64,000 bases of DNA from an uncultured Bacilli bacterium (GTDB taxonomy: Bacteria; Bacillota_I; Bacilli_A; RFN20; CAG-826): positions 7,211 to 71,210 of the forward strand of contig CAJOMQ010000001.1 of the NCBI GenBank assembly GCA_905236715.1, written 5' to 3'. Positions within the stretch are counted from its first letter, which is position 1. The number at the start of each line of letters is the position of its first letter. This document shows positions 52,561 to 62,230 of this stretch, one piece after another. The notes below the pieces were generated by a model. The model worked only from the letters and a program-made list of their open reading frames with translations. It was not told where the DNA came from and did no database searches. Both the position numbers and the translations under genes were made by a program.

Positions 52561-54537
52561 CTATCTGATTTTCTTTATTCTGGCTACTTCTTGGGTGAAA
52601 TCATTAATGCTCGCCATAACGCCTAATGTTTCTTCTTTAAATTCGATGTTGAAATATTCTTGGACTTCTTTGACTAATTCCACATAAGACATCGAATCGC
52701 CACCTAAATCATTGATCCAATGGGCATCATCCGCGATTTTGAATTTGGGAAGAATGAGTACTTTCGCGAATAAATCTCTCATTGGTTCTAAGATTTTTTT
52801 CGTTACGTCAGGAGAAAATTCGACTTTGGAAGAAGATTCATTTTTCTTTTCAATTGGTAAATATTCACCGTTATTTTCTTCAATCGCCTTTTTGATGACA
52901 AAACGTCTAACTTTCATATTATTAGATAAAGGAAGTTTTCCTTTGGCTAGGTAAATATTGCCAATCTTCACATTGTGGGGCAATTTAATACCTTTGACCA
53001 ACTTTTTGATCTCTTCGATATTTGCATCAGTGGCTTGATTATCTAATTCTAAGATTAAGCACACATCTTCGTCCTGGCTATTTTTCTTTTTCACACCCAA
53101 GATGGAAAGATGAGAAACATGTGGTAGGTCTTTAAAATAAATTTCTAATTCATCCGGGAAAATATTTTCCCCATCCGCGTTAACGATGACATCTTTAATA
53201 CGACCACGGAGATAATATTCGCCTCTTTCATCAACTTCGGCGATATCTCCAGTGTGGTAGAAGCCTTCTTCATCTAATTGGGCATCTTGTTCTTTACCAC
53301 CGATAATTTCACGAATATGGGTGATAGGGGATTTAACCGCTAATTCGCCACCCGGAAGAATTTTATATTCAACGCCATTTAAAGGACGACCAATGCTTCC
53401 CAATAAACGAATATTGACATCAGGTGATAATTCTACGGAAGTAACACCTAATTCGGTCATGCCGTACCCATCATATAAATTATAACCAATACCATTAATG
53501 GTATTTAACGTTTCCGTTGATAAGAAGCCACCCCCAGAAATGCAATAGCGGACTCTGCTACCAAACATCGCATTTTGCACTTTTATTTTGGCAATGCTAC
53601 TGGCCGCAAGGCCGGCTTCATTTTTATCCATTTTACCGGTGTTAAAGGCAATCATTTTATTCAATAGATCGACTTTATCTTGTCCACTCATGGATGCTTT
53701 TCTAAATAAAGACTTAGCAGTGGAATCCCATAATAAGGGCACACTATAAATATGGGTGACACCTGTTCTTTGACAAATATATTGTAAATCACCAGGTGTA
53801 TTGCTGGCCGGGAAGACTAAAGTCTTACCATAGAATGTATACCATAAAAAGACGGCAACAAAACCAAAGATATGATGAAATGGAATCATCGCTAAGATTT
53901 TTAATTTGCCCATAATATTGGGATACATAATGTCTTTGGTTTCTTGTGGCATATTGATAGAGGCACAAATTTGGTGGACTAAATTTTCACCATTAAAAAC
54001 CATCATCTTCACATCGCCAGTGGTGCCACTAGAACAGAAAATGACTTCGTTTTCCCATTCGGGAGCAAAATTATCATGCGCTTTTTCTTCCGTGATAATT
54101 TCAACATCTAATTTCTTGATGGGATATTGATACATATCATCGCTGATAATCGCCGCGCCTTTGGCTTGATTAATTAAATTAATCGTATTTTCTTTACTGG
54201 TTTTCGCATCAATTAAAAGGGGCTTATAACCCGCCATAAGGATGGCCCAAAATAATTCCACCCAACGTGGTGAATTAGCGGCTTTTAAAATAATTGGTTG
54301 CCCTTTATTTTCGCCATGTAGCAATTCGTTAATAATAGCGGCGTCATTATAGACGTTTTTGATGAGTTTTTTATATTTATAATTTTTAATTTTTCCGCGA
54401 TCGTTGATATATTCCACAGCTACGTTATTTTTATTTCTTTGGTAGCTTTGGAAAATGTCTTTCATGGTTCTATCGCCTTCTAAAAGCGAATTAGCTTGCC
54501 CAAGAAAAGCATTTACTTTATTAAATTCGGGATACAT
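52561..54537 (-). CDS. Adenylate-forming enzyme (ANL superfamily) fused to a C-terminal phosphopantetheine carrier domain
   Basis: SSGTTGDVKMM (A3), DGYGMTELG (A5), YHTGDIAEVDERGEYYLRGRIKDVI (A7/A8), and the carrier motif LGGDSMSYVEL with Ser615 encoded at 52693-52695. A ggagg SD lies upstream. Confidence 0.8.
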   Translation of the reverse strand: MYPEFNKVNAFLGQANSLLEGDRTMKDIFQSYQRNKNNVAVEYINDRGKIKNYKYKKLIKNVYNDAAIINELLHGENKGQPIILKAANSPRWVELFWAILMAGYKPLLIDAKTSKENTINLINQAKGAAIISDDMYQYPIKKLDVEIITEEKAHDNFAPEWENEVIFCSSGTTGDVKMMVFNGENLVHQICASINMPQETKDIMYPNIMGKLKILAMIPFHHIFGFVAVFLWYTFYGKTLVFPASNTPGDLQYICQRTGVTHIYSVPLLWDSTAKSLFRKASMSGQDKVDLLNKMIAFNTGKMDKNEAGLAASSIAKIKVQNAMFGSRVRYCISGGGFLSTETLNTINGIGYNLYDGYGMTELGVTSVELSPDVNIRLLGSIGRPLNGVEYKILPGGELAVKSPITHIREIIGGKEQDAQLDEEGFYHTGDIAEVDERGEYYLRGRIKDVIVNADGENIFPDELEIYFKDLPHVSHLSILGVKKKNSQDEDVCLILELDNQATDANIEEIKKLVKGIKLPHNVKIGNIYLAKGKLPLSNNMKVRRFVIKKAIEENNGEYLPIEKKNESSSKVEFSPDVTKKILEPMRDLFAKVLILPKFKIADDAHWINDLGGDSMSYVELVKEVQEYFNIEFKEETLGVMASINDFTQEVARIKKIR

Positions 54538-54600
54538 ACGTTTACCTCCGCGCTTGTATATTTTACTTAATATCGTAGTAAAGACAAAGAATTTTTATAT

Positions 54601-55047
54601 TCACATAAGTGAGAGCAATGAATAAAAGTTCACTTTGATGTCTTTTTCATCGATTTCGATAATCGCGTAACTAAGGGGATAATCATCTCTTTCAAAACTA
54701 ATCGCCCCAGGATTAACAAAAGTTATACCTTCCAATACATGAAAATCTCTTCGATGTGTATGGCCATACAAAAATAATTTAATATTATTTTCTTTTAACA
54801 AATTTATATCGATATTGGGATAATGTTGAATCCATAAATTACCACCGGGAATCGGTAATAACATATGTTCGGGAAAATCATCATAATAATCACAATTACC
54901 CGCGACTGATGTATAAGGAGTGATGAGATAACTTGTTGATTGTGAATCGCCAGCATGGAGATATAAATCCATGTGGGGATGTTTAAGAGCAATCTCATCT
55001 AACGCAGCGTTATTGCCATGGGAATCGCTGACCAAAAGAATTTTCAT
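54601..55047 (-). CDS. YfcE/MJ0936-family metallophosphoesterase
   Basis: LLVSDSHGN, GDS, GNCD and GHTH motifs. 148 aa. Confidence 0.88.
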   Translation of the reverse strand: MKILLVSDSHGNNAALDEIALKHPHMDLYLHAGDSQSTSYLITPYTSVAGNCDYYDDFPEHMLLPIPGGNLWIQHYPNIDINLLKENNIKLFLYGHTHRRDFHVLEGITFVNPGAISFERDDYPLSYAIIEIDEKDIKVNFYSLLSLM

Positions 55048-55113
55048 ACAAGTAAAATAATAATATTATTTGCGGTTTTAAGAAACTATTTTATAATGTT
55101 TCCGGTATTAGAT

Positions 55114-56052
55114 ATGGATAAAAAACAGTTGAAAATCATCTTCGTGGGTACCCCAGAAATATCCGCTTATGTCTTAGAAGCTTTAATTCAAGATGGCTAT
55201 ATTATTTCTGGTGTTATTGCGCAACCCGATCGTCCCGTGGGTCGTAAGGGAGAATTAGAAAAAGTACCCACCAAAATCATCGCGGAAAAATATCAAATTC
55301 CTGTTTTTCAGCCAAGCAAAATTCGTCAAGATTATTCCTTTATTAAAGAAATAAATCCCGATATTATCATCACTTTAGCCTATGGACAAATCGTCCCGAA
55401 AGAAGTTTTAAATATCCCCCAATATGGCTGCTTAAATCTTCATGGTTCCCTTTTGCCCAAATATCGTGGCGCTGCCCCCATTCAATACGCTCTCATTAAT
55501 GGGGAAGAATGTACTGGCATGTCTTTAATGGAAATGGTGGAAGCCATGGATGCCGGCAAAGTATATGCCCAACAAATGATCAAAATCGATGAAAAAGATA
55601 ATGCTACAACGCTTTTTAAAAAGATGGGTGAAGCGGCAAAACAATTAATTTTAGAACAATTACCCGCTTATATTGATGGTCAATTAGTGGGCATCCCCCA
55701 AGATGATACATTAGTGACATTTGCGCCAAGCATCAAACCAGAACAAGAGAAATTGTCATTATCATATTCCACCAAGCAAATGCTTGGTTGGATTAAAGGC
55801 TTAAGTGAAAATCCAGGTGCTTATTTGTTATATGAAGGACAAAAATTGAAAATATATCAAGCAGAAAAATATAGTGATGATGTTTCCGAGGAAGTCGGTC
55901 AAATTGTTATCGCTGATAAAAGAGGCTTTGTGCTTCAATGTCTAGACGGACAAATAAATCTCTTAGAAGTCCAACTAGCAGGCAAAAAGAAAATGGATTA
56001 TAAATCCTTCCTCAATGGTCACCAAGATATTTTAAATAAGAAATTAGACTAG
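55114..56052 (+). CDS. fmt: Methionyl-tRNA formyltransferase
   Basis: The ATG at 55114 gives MDKKQLKIIFVGTPE. HGSLLPKYRGAAPIQ motif. The longer ORF from 55018 overlaps the divergent yfcE-like gene and was rejected. Confidence 0.93.
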   Translation: MDKKQLKIIFVGTPEISAYVLEALIQDGYIISGVIAQPDRPVGRKGELEKVPTKIIAEKYQIPVFQPSKIRQDYSFIKEINPDIIITLAYGQIVPKEVLNIPQYGCLNLHGSLLPKYRGAAPIQYALINGEECTGMSLMEMVEAMDAGKVYAQQMIKIDEKDNATTLFKKMGEAAKQLILEQLPAYIDGQLVGIPQDDTLVTFAPSIKPEQEKLSLSYSTKQMLGWIKGLSENPGAYLLYEGQKLKIYQAEKYSDDVSEEVGQIVIADKRGFVLQCLDGQINLLEVQLAGKKKMDYKSFLNGHQDILNKKLD

Positions 56053-56071
56053 TGTTTACTAGTCTTTTTTA
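56046..56071 (+). terminator. Intrinsic terminator overlapping the fmt stop
   Basis: agactagt-gttt-actagtct followed by TTTTTT. Confidence 0.8.
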
Positions 56072-56084
56072 TTAGAATATCCCT

Positions 56085-58424
56085 ATGGAAAAATATCTCA
56101 CCCTTTCTGTTCATCAATTAGTGGACTTTTTATTACGCACTGGTGATATCGATAATCGCGTTTTTAATCGTTCCTCCATGCAAGAAGGCAGTCGCTTACA
56201 CGCTGTTTATCAAAATAAGCAAGGTAGTGATTATATTTCCGAATATCCCTTAAAAAGAGATTTTACCGTTGATGAAGTAACCGTCACACTTGAAGGACGT
56301 GCTGACGGCATCATCAAAAGGAAAAATGGTGATTTTATCATTGATGAAATCAAAACCACCGTGGTGCCACTTGAAGAATTTAAACAAGAAAACCTCGCTT
56401 GGCATCTTGGACAAGCTAAATGCTACGCCTTAATGTTTGCCCTAGAACAAAATCTTGATCATATAGGTGTCAGACTCACATATATCCGACAAGGCCACGA
56501 AAAAGAAAAAAATATCGAAGAATTTCCCTTTTTCACTGCCGAATTAAAACAATATGTTTATTCTTTATTGGAAGATTATCTCGCTTTTTACAATATCATT
56601 TTCCGAGCACAAGAAAACCGCAACGCGACCATTGCTAATTTAGAATTCCCTTTTCCTAAATATCGTCGTGGACAACGAGAATTAGCTAAATATAGCTTTG
56701 CTATTGCTAAAAATGGTGGGCGTTTTTATTGTGAAGCACCCACTGGGATTGGCAAAACAATGTCCACCCTTTATCCATTTATCAAAGCGATGTCGTTAGA
56801 TGAAAAAAGCAAAATCTTTTATCTGACCGCTAAAACGAGTGGCAAAGAAAGTGCTTATCACGCCATTAATTTGTTAAAAGAAAAAGGATTGATCATTAAT
56901 GATATTGTCATTACCGCCAAAGACAAGATTTGCTTTAGCAAAGGAAAGGCGTGTAATCCCGATGAATGTCCTTTTACCAAAGCTTATTACAATAAAATTC
57001 AATCGGTTTTACGTTATAGTTTGCTCCATTATGACACTTTTGATTATCAAACGATTATCAATATCGCTCACGAAAATGAAATCTGTCCTTTTGAATTAGA
57101 ACTAGATTTATCTTTATTTTCCGATGTCATCATCTGCGATTATAACTACATGTTTGACCCTCTGTCTTATATGAAGAGATATTTTGATGATGATAGCAGT
57201 CATTATTTGGCTTTAATCGATGAAGCCCACAATTTAGTGGACCGCAGTCGTGATATGTATAGCGCTTCTATTTCTTATAAGAAATATTTGGAAGCCAAAA
57301 AATCCATAAGACATAGTAAACACGCTAAATTAAAACGCGCGCAAGCTAAACTCAATAAGATGTTTAAAGATTTATCTATCTCTTTAGAAGAGGGAGAAAA
57401 TATCGTCGATGATTTTAGTGATGAAATTTATCAAACCCTCAATTATTTCTTAACGACTTGCCAAGACATTAATAAAAACGAACACAAAGAGATGAGCAAA
57501 GAATTATTAGAATTTTACCTCGATGTAAATCGCTTTTTAAAAATCGCGGAATTCTATAACGAGAACTATTTAGCCTATATCGTCAAAAGAAAAGAGCAAA
57601 TCGAATTAAAATTGCTATGTTTAGACGCTTCTAAATTCCTTGCCTCCACGCTTAATAGAATTAAAGGTAGTGTCTTATTTTCTGCGACCTTACAACCCAT
57701 TGATTATTTTTTAAATACCTTAGGAGGAGATAGGGCGATTGATCCCACTTTATTGTTGCCTTCTCCCTTCCCCATGGAAAATTTAAAACTCATGGTGGCC
57801 CCGAATGTATCCATCAAATTTAAAAATCGCGAAAAAACCTATCAAGAAGTCGCTAGTTATATATCGTCTTTTATTAAAAATAAAATCGGTAATTATTTTA
57901 TCTATTGTCCCTCTTATGAATATTTAGATAATTTAATGAATTATATTGATTTATCGGATGTCGATATTTATAAACAAAAGAAAGATATGGATGATTTACA
58001 AAAAGAAGAATTCCTCTCTTATTTCCAAAGGAATCCCCAAAAGACCACTTTGGGATTTTTGGTTATCGGTGGGAGCTTTTCCGAAGGAATTGATTTAGTC
58101 AGTGACCGTTTAATCGGAGCGATAGTCATCGGTATTGGCATGCCAAAAATCAATTTTGAAAGTGACCAAATCGCTAATTTCTACAAAAACAAGAAATTAC
58201 CTGGTCACGATTATGCCTATGTCAATCCTGGAATGAATAAAGTCATGCAGGCAGTGGGAAGAGTGATACGTAGCGAAGAAGATAAAGGTGCGGTTTTATT
58301 AATTGATGAAAGATATATGTCCAAACAATATCAAGATTTATACCGCTACGAATGGAAGAATTATGAGGTCGTCTTTTTTCCAAAAGAAGTGGAAGAAAAT
58401 CTCAATAATTTCTTTAAGAAATAA
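56085..58424 (+). CDS. PD-(D/E)XK nuclease domain fused to an XPD/DinG-family Fe-S DNA helicase
   Basis: N-terminus: GRAD(73)GII...IID(87)EIK(90)TT and Q(110)AKCY(114), RecB/Cas4-like motifs. Helicase: APTGIGKT, four Cys (C283, C290, C295, C334), the DEAH box LIDEAHNL, and a C-terminal QAVGRVIR. Confidence 0.8.
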   Translation: MEKYLTLSVHQLVDFLLRTGDIDNRVFNRSSMQEGSRLHAVYQNKQGSDYISEYPLKRDFTVDEVTVTLEGRADGIIKRKNGDFIIDEIKTTVVPLEEFKQENLAWHLGQAKCYALMFALEQNLDHIGVRLTYIRQGHEKEKNIEEFPFFTAELKQYVYSLLEDYLAFYNIIFRAQENRNATIANLEFPFPKYRRGQRELAKYSFAIAKNGGRFYCEAPTGIGKTMSTLYPFIKAMSLDEKSKIFYLTAKTSGKESAYHAINLLKEKGLIINDIVITAKDKICFSKGKACNPDECPFTKAYYNKIQSVLRYSLLHYDTFDYQTIINIAHENEICPFELELDLSLFSDVIICDYNYMFDPLSYMKRYFDDDSSHYLALIDEAHNLVDRSRDMYSASISYKKYLEAKKSIRHSKHAKLKRAQAKLNKMFKDLSISLEEGENIVDDFSDEIYQTLNYFLTTCQDINKNEHKEMSKELLEFYLDVNRFLKIAEFYNENYLAYIVKRKEQIELKLLCLDASKFLASTLNRIKGSVLFSATLQPIDYFLNTLGGDRAIDPTLLLPSPFPMENLKLMVAPNVSIKFKNREKTYQEVASYISSFIKNKIGNYFIYCPSYEYLDNLMNYIDLSDVDIYKQKKDMDDLQKEEFLSYFQRNPQKTTLGFLVIGGSFSEGIDLVSDRLIGAIVIGIGMPKINFESDQIANFYKNKKLPGHDYAYVNPGMNKVMQAVGRVIRSEEDKGAVLLIDERYMSKQYQDLYRYEWKNYEVVFFPKEVEENLNNFFKK

Positions 58425-58447
58425 TTATTAATGTTTATAATTGCCAT

Positions 58448-60262
58448 ATGGATTTTGCACAAAAGAAAATTAGGAATTTTTCTATCATTGCCCATATTGA
58501 TCACGGCAAAAGCACTTTAGCGGACCGTATCTTAGAACAAACCGGGGCGATTGAAAGTCGCGAAATGAAAGAACAATTTCTCGATTCTATGGATTTAGAA
58601 AGAGAAAGAGGCATTACCATTAAATTAAATGCCGTCACTTTATCTTATAAAGCCGATGATGGTGAAGAATATATTTTTAATTTAATCGACACTCCTGGGC
58701 ATGTCGACTTCACTTATGAAGTGAGCCGTAGTTTGGCCGCTTGTGAAGGGGCTATTTTAGTCGTGGATGCCACCCAAGGTGTGGAAGCGCAAACTTTAGC
58801 TAATGTCTATTTAGCGGTAGATAATGATTTGATGATTTTACCCGTTATCAACAAAGTTGATTTACCAAGTGCGCAACCCGATATGGCGAAAAAAGAAATT
58901 GAAGAACGCATCGGTATTGATTGCCAAGACGCCATTGAAGTCAGCGCGAAAACTGGCTTCCATGTCCACGAATTATTAGAACGCATTGTCCGTGACGTTC
59001 CCGCGCCAGATGGCGATAAACAAGCACCTTTAAAAGCCCTTATCTTTGATAGTTATTATGATTCTTATCGTGGTGTCATTATTTTAATACGCGTCAAAGA
59101 TGGTTCTGTATCCGTTGGTGATCACATTAAATTGATGCAATCTGGCAAAGATTATGTTGTCACCGAAGTCGGCATTAGAACCCCTAATGAAATTAAAACG
59201 GATTCTTTAAGCGCTGGTGAAGTCGGCTATTTGTGTGCACAAATCAAAGATATCAAGGATGTCCATCCTGGTGACACTGTCACGCTTTTTGAAAAACCCG
59301 CTCAAGAAGCTTTACCTGGATATCGTAATATCAATCCGATGGTTTATTGTGGATTATATCCAGTTGATAGTAAATACTATCAAGAATTAAAAGATGCCTT
59401 AGAAAAATTATCGTTAAACGATGCTTCTTTACAATTTGTGGCCGAAACATCGCAAGCTCTTGGCTTTGGCTTCCGTTGTGGTTTCTTAGGATTATTACAT
59501 ATGGATATCGTCCAAGAAAGATTAGAAAGAGAATATAATCTCAATCTCATCTTAACCGCGCCCAGTGTTATTTATCACGTTCATCTTTCAGATGGTAGTG
59601 TCATTAATCTTGATAATCCAAGTAAATTACCCGATTCATCAAAGATTTCCTATATCGAAGAACCATATGTCAAAGCCAATATCATGACACCCAAAGAATA
59701 TGTCGGTCCCATTATGGAATTATGTCAAGAAAGAAGAGGTATCTATCAAAACCTCGAATATTTTGATGATACAAGAATGATTTTAACTTATGATTTGCCA
59801 CTTTCCGAAATTGTTTACAATTTCTTTGATAAATTAAAGAGTTACACCAAAGGATACGCTTCTTTTGATTATGAATTCTCCGAATATCAAAAAGGGGATC
59901 TCATTAAACTCGATGTTTTATTAAATGGACAAGTAGTGGATGCTTTATCATCAATTGTTTATAGACCAAGCGCTTATAATCGTGGTCTAGGCATTATTCG
60001 TAGGATAAAGCAAGTCATCCCTCGTCAACAATTTGAAATTCCTATTCAAGCCGCGATTGGCGGTAAGGTGATTGCTAGATGTGATGTCAAAGCCGTCCGT
60101 AAAGATGTCTTAGCCAAGTGCTATGGTGGGGATATTTCTCGTAAAAAGAAGCTCTTAGAAAAACAAAAAGAAGGCAAAAAGAGAATGAAGAAGATTGGCT
60201 CGGTGGAGGTTCCACAAGATGCCTTTATGTCAATCTTATCGATTGAAGAAGAAGATAATTAG
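58448..60262 (+). CDS. lepA: Elongation factor 4 (LepA)
   Basis: [14 protein letters not shown] and NKVD motifs, and the LepA-specific C-terminus. Confidence 0.97.
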   Translation: MDFAQKKIRNFSIIAHIDHGKSTLADRILEQTGAIESREMKEQFLDSMDLERERGITIKLNAVTLSYKADDGEEYIFNLIDTPGHVDFTYEVSRSLAACEGAILVVDATQGVEAQTLANVYLAVDNDLMILPVINKVDLPSAQPDMAKKEIEERIGIDCQDAIEVSAKTGFHVHELLERIVRDVPAPDGDKQAPLKALIFDSYYDSYRGVIILIRVKDGSVSVGDHIKLMQSGKDYVVTEVGIRTPNEIKTDSLSAGEVGYLCAQIKDIKDVHPGDTVTLFEKPAQEALPGYRNINPMVYCGLYPVDSKYYQELKDALEKLSLNDASLQFVAETSQALGFGFRCGFLGLLHMDIVQERLEREYNLNLILTAPSVIYHVHLSDGSVINLDNPSKLPDSSKISYIEEPYVKANIMTPKEYVGPIMELCQERRGIYQNLEYFDDTRMILTYDLPLSEIVYNFFDKLKSYTKGYASFDYEFSEYQKGDLIKLDVLLNGQVVDALSSIVYRPSAYNRGLGIIRRIKQVIPRQQFEIPIQAAIGGKVIARCDVKAVRKDVLAKCYGGDISRKKKLLEKQKEGKKRMKKIGSVEVPQDAFMSILSIEEEDN

Positions 60263-60302
60263 ACAAAACTAGCAGAAAATTAGTAGTTTTTTAGTTTACT
60301 TA

Positions 60303-60331
60303 TTGCGCCTCGTGCGCTTTTCTTTTATAAT
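60303..60331 (+). promoter_or_regulatory. Candidate promoter of the Fic-like gene
   Basis: TTGCGC (60303-60308), 17 nt, then TATAAT (60326-60331). The spacer contains a gcgc-ctcgt-gcgc mini-hairpin. Confidence 0.45.
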
Positions 60332-60350
60332 GATGCCAGAGGTATTTATT

Positions 60351-61976
60351 ATGGCAACAAGCGAATTAGCAATTAGATTTACAGAAAACAAATATGCCAC
60401 GCGTAGCGAAGTGTCTAGAGAACTAAAGATGTCCTTGATTGACAATATCTGGAGCAACATCTTAAGCTACCGTAGCACATTCAATCATTATTTAACGATT
60501 AGAAGTATTGAGAAGAATCAATTGATTCTTTGCCAATGCCCATCGGTGTCCGCTTTAAGTAATGCGACCGATATGAAATTAATTCGTTTAATGCGCGAAC
60601 ATTCTAAACTCAATCCCAATAATGGTGATTTGGGATATTTTGAAGATCAATGCATGATTCGTTCCTTGCAAGCTTTAGCCAAAGAATATGATCTCGATGT
60701 CACCGATGCTTATTTAAGAAGCATGATTCATGGTGAAGTCAGAGAAATTTCTAAAGAAAATCGTGTCTTACTCAATTATTTAAATGCCTTACAATACGCG
60801 AAAAAATCTTACATGAATCCGATTGATGTCGATTATTTAGCCGCATTATATACACAAATAACTGGAATCGAAGAAATTACAACCTTCTATCGCCAAAACG
60901 AAGACAACAATCGTGAAAATAGGGTAATTATTGATAGAGTCTATACTTGTGCTCCAGTGCGTTTAATCGAAGAGATGATGAATGGCGTGTTTAATTTTAT
61001 TACCAATTCTTCTTTAAATGCTGCCTGTAAAGCCGCGATTGCCTATTATTACATCGTTTATGTACGTCCATTTGATGTCTTCAGCGATGAATTGGCCCTT
61101 TTAATTACTAAATCAATCCTCGCGAATAATGATTTAGGTGATGTCGGTATCTTGTTACCTTTAGAAAGCATCCTTTCCCAAGACCAAGAAGAAATCGCGA
61201 AAATCTTCGTGGAAGTCCAAAAGACTTCAGACACGACATATTTTGTCAATTATATGCTCAAATTCATCGATAAAAAATGTGATGAGTTATTAGATATTAT
61301 CGCTAATGCCAAAGCGACAACATTAAAACAAGACTTCTACAGAAGTGAACCCGAAAAAACCGCAATGCAAGCGCCAGAAGAAACGGTTTATACCGCGCCT
61401 ACTCCGACTTATTTTGCGGAACCACAGGTACAACCAGTTCACGTTGTTGAAGAAGAAAAGAAACCGGTTATTGAAAATAAACCAGCACAATATGAACAAA
61501 CTGATTTATTTAATCAGCCAGTCGAAGAAAAGCCTGTTCGTGTAGTGGAGCCAACACCTGTTCCTAAACCCGCACCCGCTCCCCAACCTGTACCAGTTTC
61601 TCAACCAGCACCCATTTCTCAACCAGCACCAGTTTCTCAACCAGTTATTAAAGAAGAACACAAAGTCGTGGTCAATCAATCTACAGAACAAATCGCAGTG
61701 GCGTATGTACCACCTGTGCTCGATGAAAAACAAGCTAGTCGTTTGGAACAACACCTATTAGAATTAGACCCTTCCTTAAGGAAACATGAAGCTAAATTCT
61801 ATGCTAGACATTGCACATTAGGCAAAAAATATACCATTGCCCAATATAAAAAAGCCATCGGTTGTGTCTATGAAACCGCAAGAACTTCTATGGACCATTT
61901 AGTGGAATTGGGGTATTATCGTAAAGAGGCGGTGAAAAACAAATATGTTTATACACCGATTCCTCGTCAAGATTAA
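60351..61976 (+). CDS. Fic-fold protein with an ablated catalytic motif, a Pro-rich linker and a C-terminal wHTH
   Basis: The ATG at 60351 follows an agagg SD. The Fic-core-like context is YRQNE..RVIIDRVYTCAPVRLIEEMMNGVFNFI...AACKAAIAYYYIVYVRPFDVFSDELALLITKSIL. The expected HPFxxGNGRxxR reads VRPFDVFSDELA (61062-61097). The C-terminal wHTH is YETARTSMDHLVELGYY. Confidence 0.6.
   Translation: MATSELAIRFTENKYATRSEVSRELKMSLIDNIWSNILSYRSTFNHYLTIRSIEKNQLILCQCPSVSALSNATDMKLIRLMREHSKLNPNNGDLGYFEDQCMIRSLQALAKEYDLDVTDAYLRSMIHGEVREISKENRVLLNYLNALQYAKKSYMNPIDVDYLAALYTQITGIEEITTFYRQNEDNNRENRVIIDRVYTCAPVRLIEEMMNGVFNFITNSSLNAACKAAIAYYYIVYVRPFDVFSDELALLITKSILANNDLGDVGILLPLESILSQDQEEIAKIFVEVQKTSDTTYFVNYMLKFIDKKCDELLDIIANAKATTLKQDFYRSEPEKTAMQAPEETVYTAPTPTYFAEPQVQPVHVVEEEKKPVIENKPAQYEQTDLFNQPVEEKPVRVVEPTPVPKPAPAPQPVPVSQPAPISQPAPVSQPVIKEEHKVVVNQSTEQIAVAYVPPVLDEKQASRLEQHLLELDPSLRKHEAKFYARHCTLGKKYTIAQYKKAIGCVYETARTSMDHLVELGYYRKEAVKNKYVYTPIPRQD
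61596..61646 (+). repeat. 18-nt tandem repeat, ~2.8 copies (gtttctcaaccagcaccc), encoding SQPAP(V/I)
   Basis: Read directly from the sequence. It lies within the Pro-rich linker of the Fic-like CDS. Confidence 0.8.
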
Positions 61977-61990
61977 GGAGGCCATAAATT

Positions 61991-62230
61991 ATGACAATCT
62001 ATGCTGAAGCATTCCCAGGTTGGGCGATATTTCTCATCGTATTAGGCTTTTTTGCTCTTATTGCTGTGGTCGCCTACATTATTTATCGAATCCTTCGTCC
62101 TCGTCTAAAAGATGATGATAAGAAAAAGACTGATCAAGAAAATGCACAAGAAGAATTAGACCGCATTTTACAACCAGTGGAAGACGAAAAAATCGCCAAA
62201 GAAATTGAAAATTATAAGGAAGATGAATAA
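61991..62230 (+). CDS. Small single-pass membrane protein with a charged tail
   Basis: 79 aa with one TM (WAIFLIVLGFFALIAVVAYIIY) followed by a K/D/E-rich tail. An aggagg SD lies upstream. Confidence 0.5.
   Translation: MTIYAEAFPGWAIFLIVLGFFALIAVVAYIIYRILRPRLKDDDKKKTDQENAQEELDRILQPVEDEKIAKEIENYKEDE

Noticed and set aside
60263-60302. Possible terminator after lepA (aaaacta...tagtttt).
   Set aside because: The stem is almost entirely A/T with a long loop, so it is not convincing by eye. lepA transcription may instead end at or read through the gcgc-ctcgt-gcgc/T-tract element that overlaps the next promoter.
61555-61650. Short direct repeats, considered as a possible CRISPR array or minisatellite.
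   Set aside because: There are only ~2.8 contiguous 18-nt copies with no spacers. They are in frame inside a CDS and encode a Pro-rich linker, so this is not a CRISPR.
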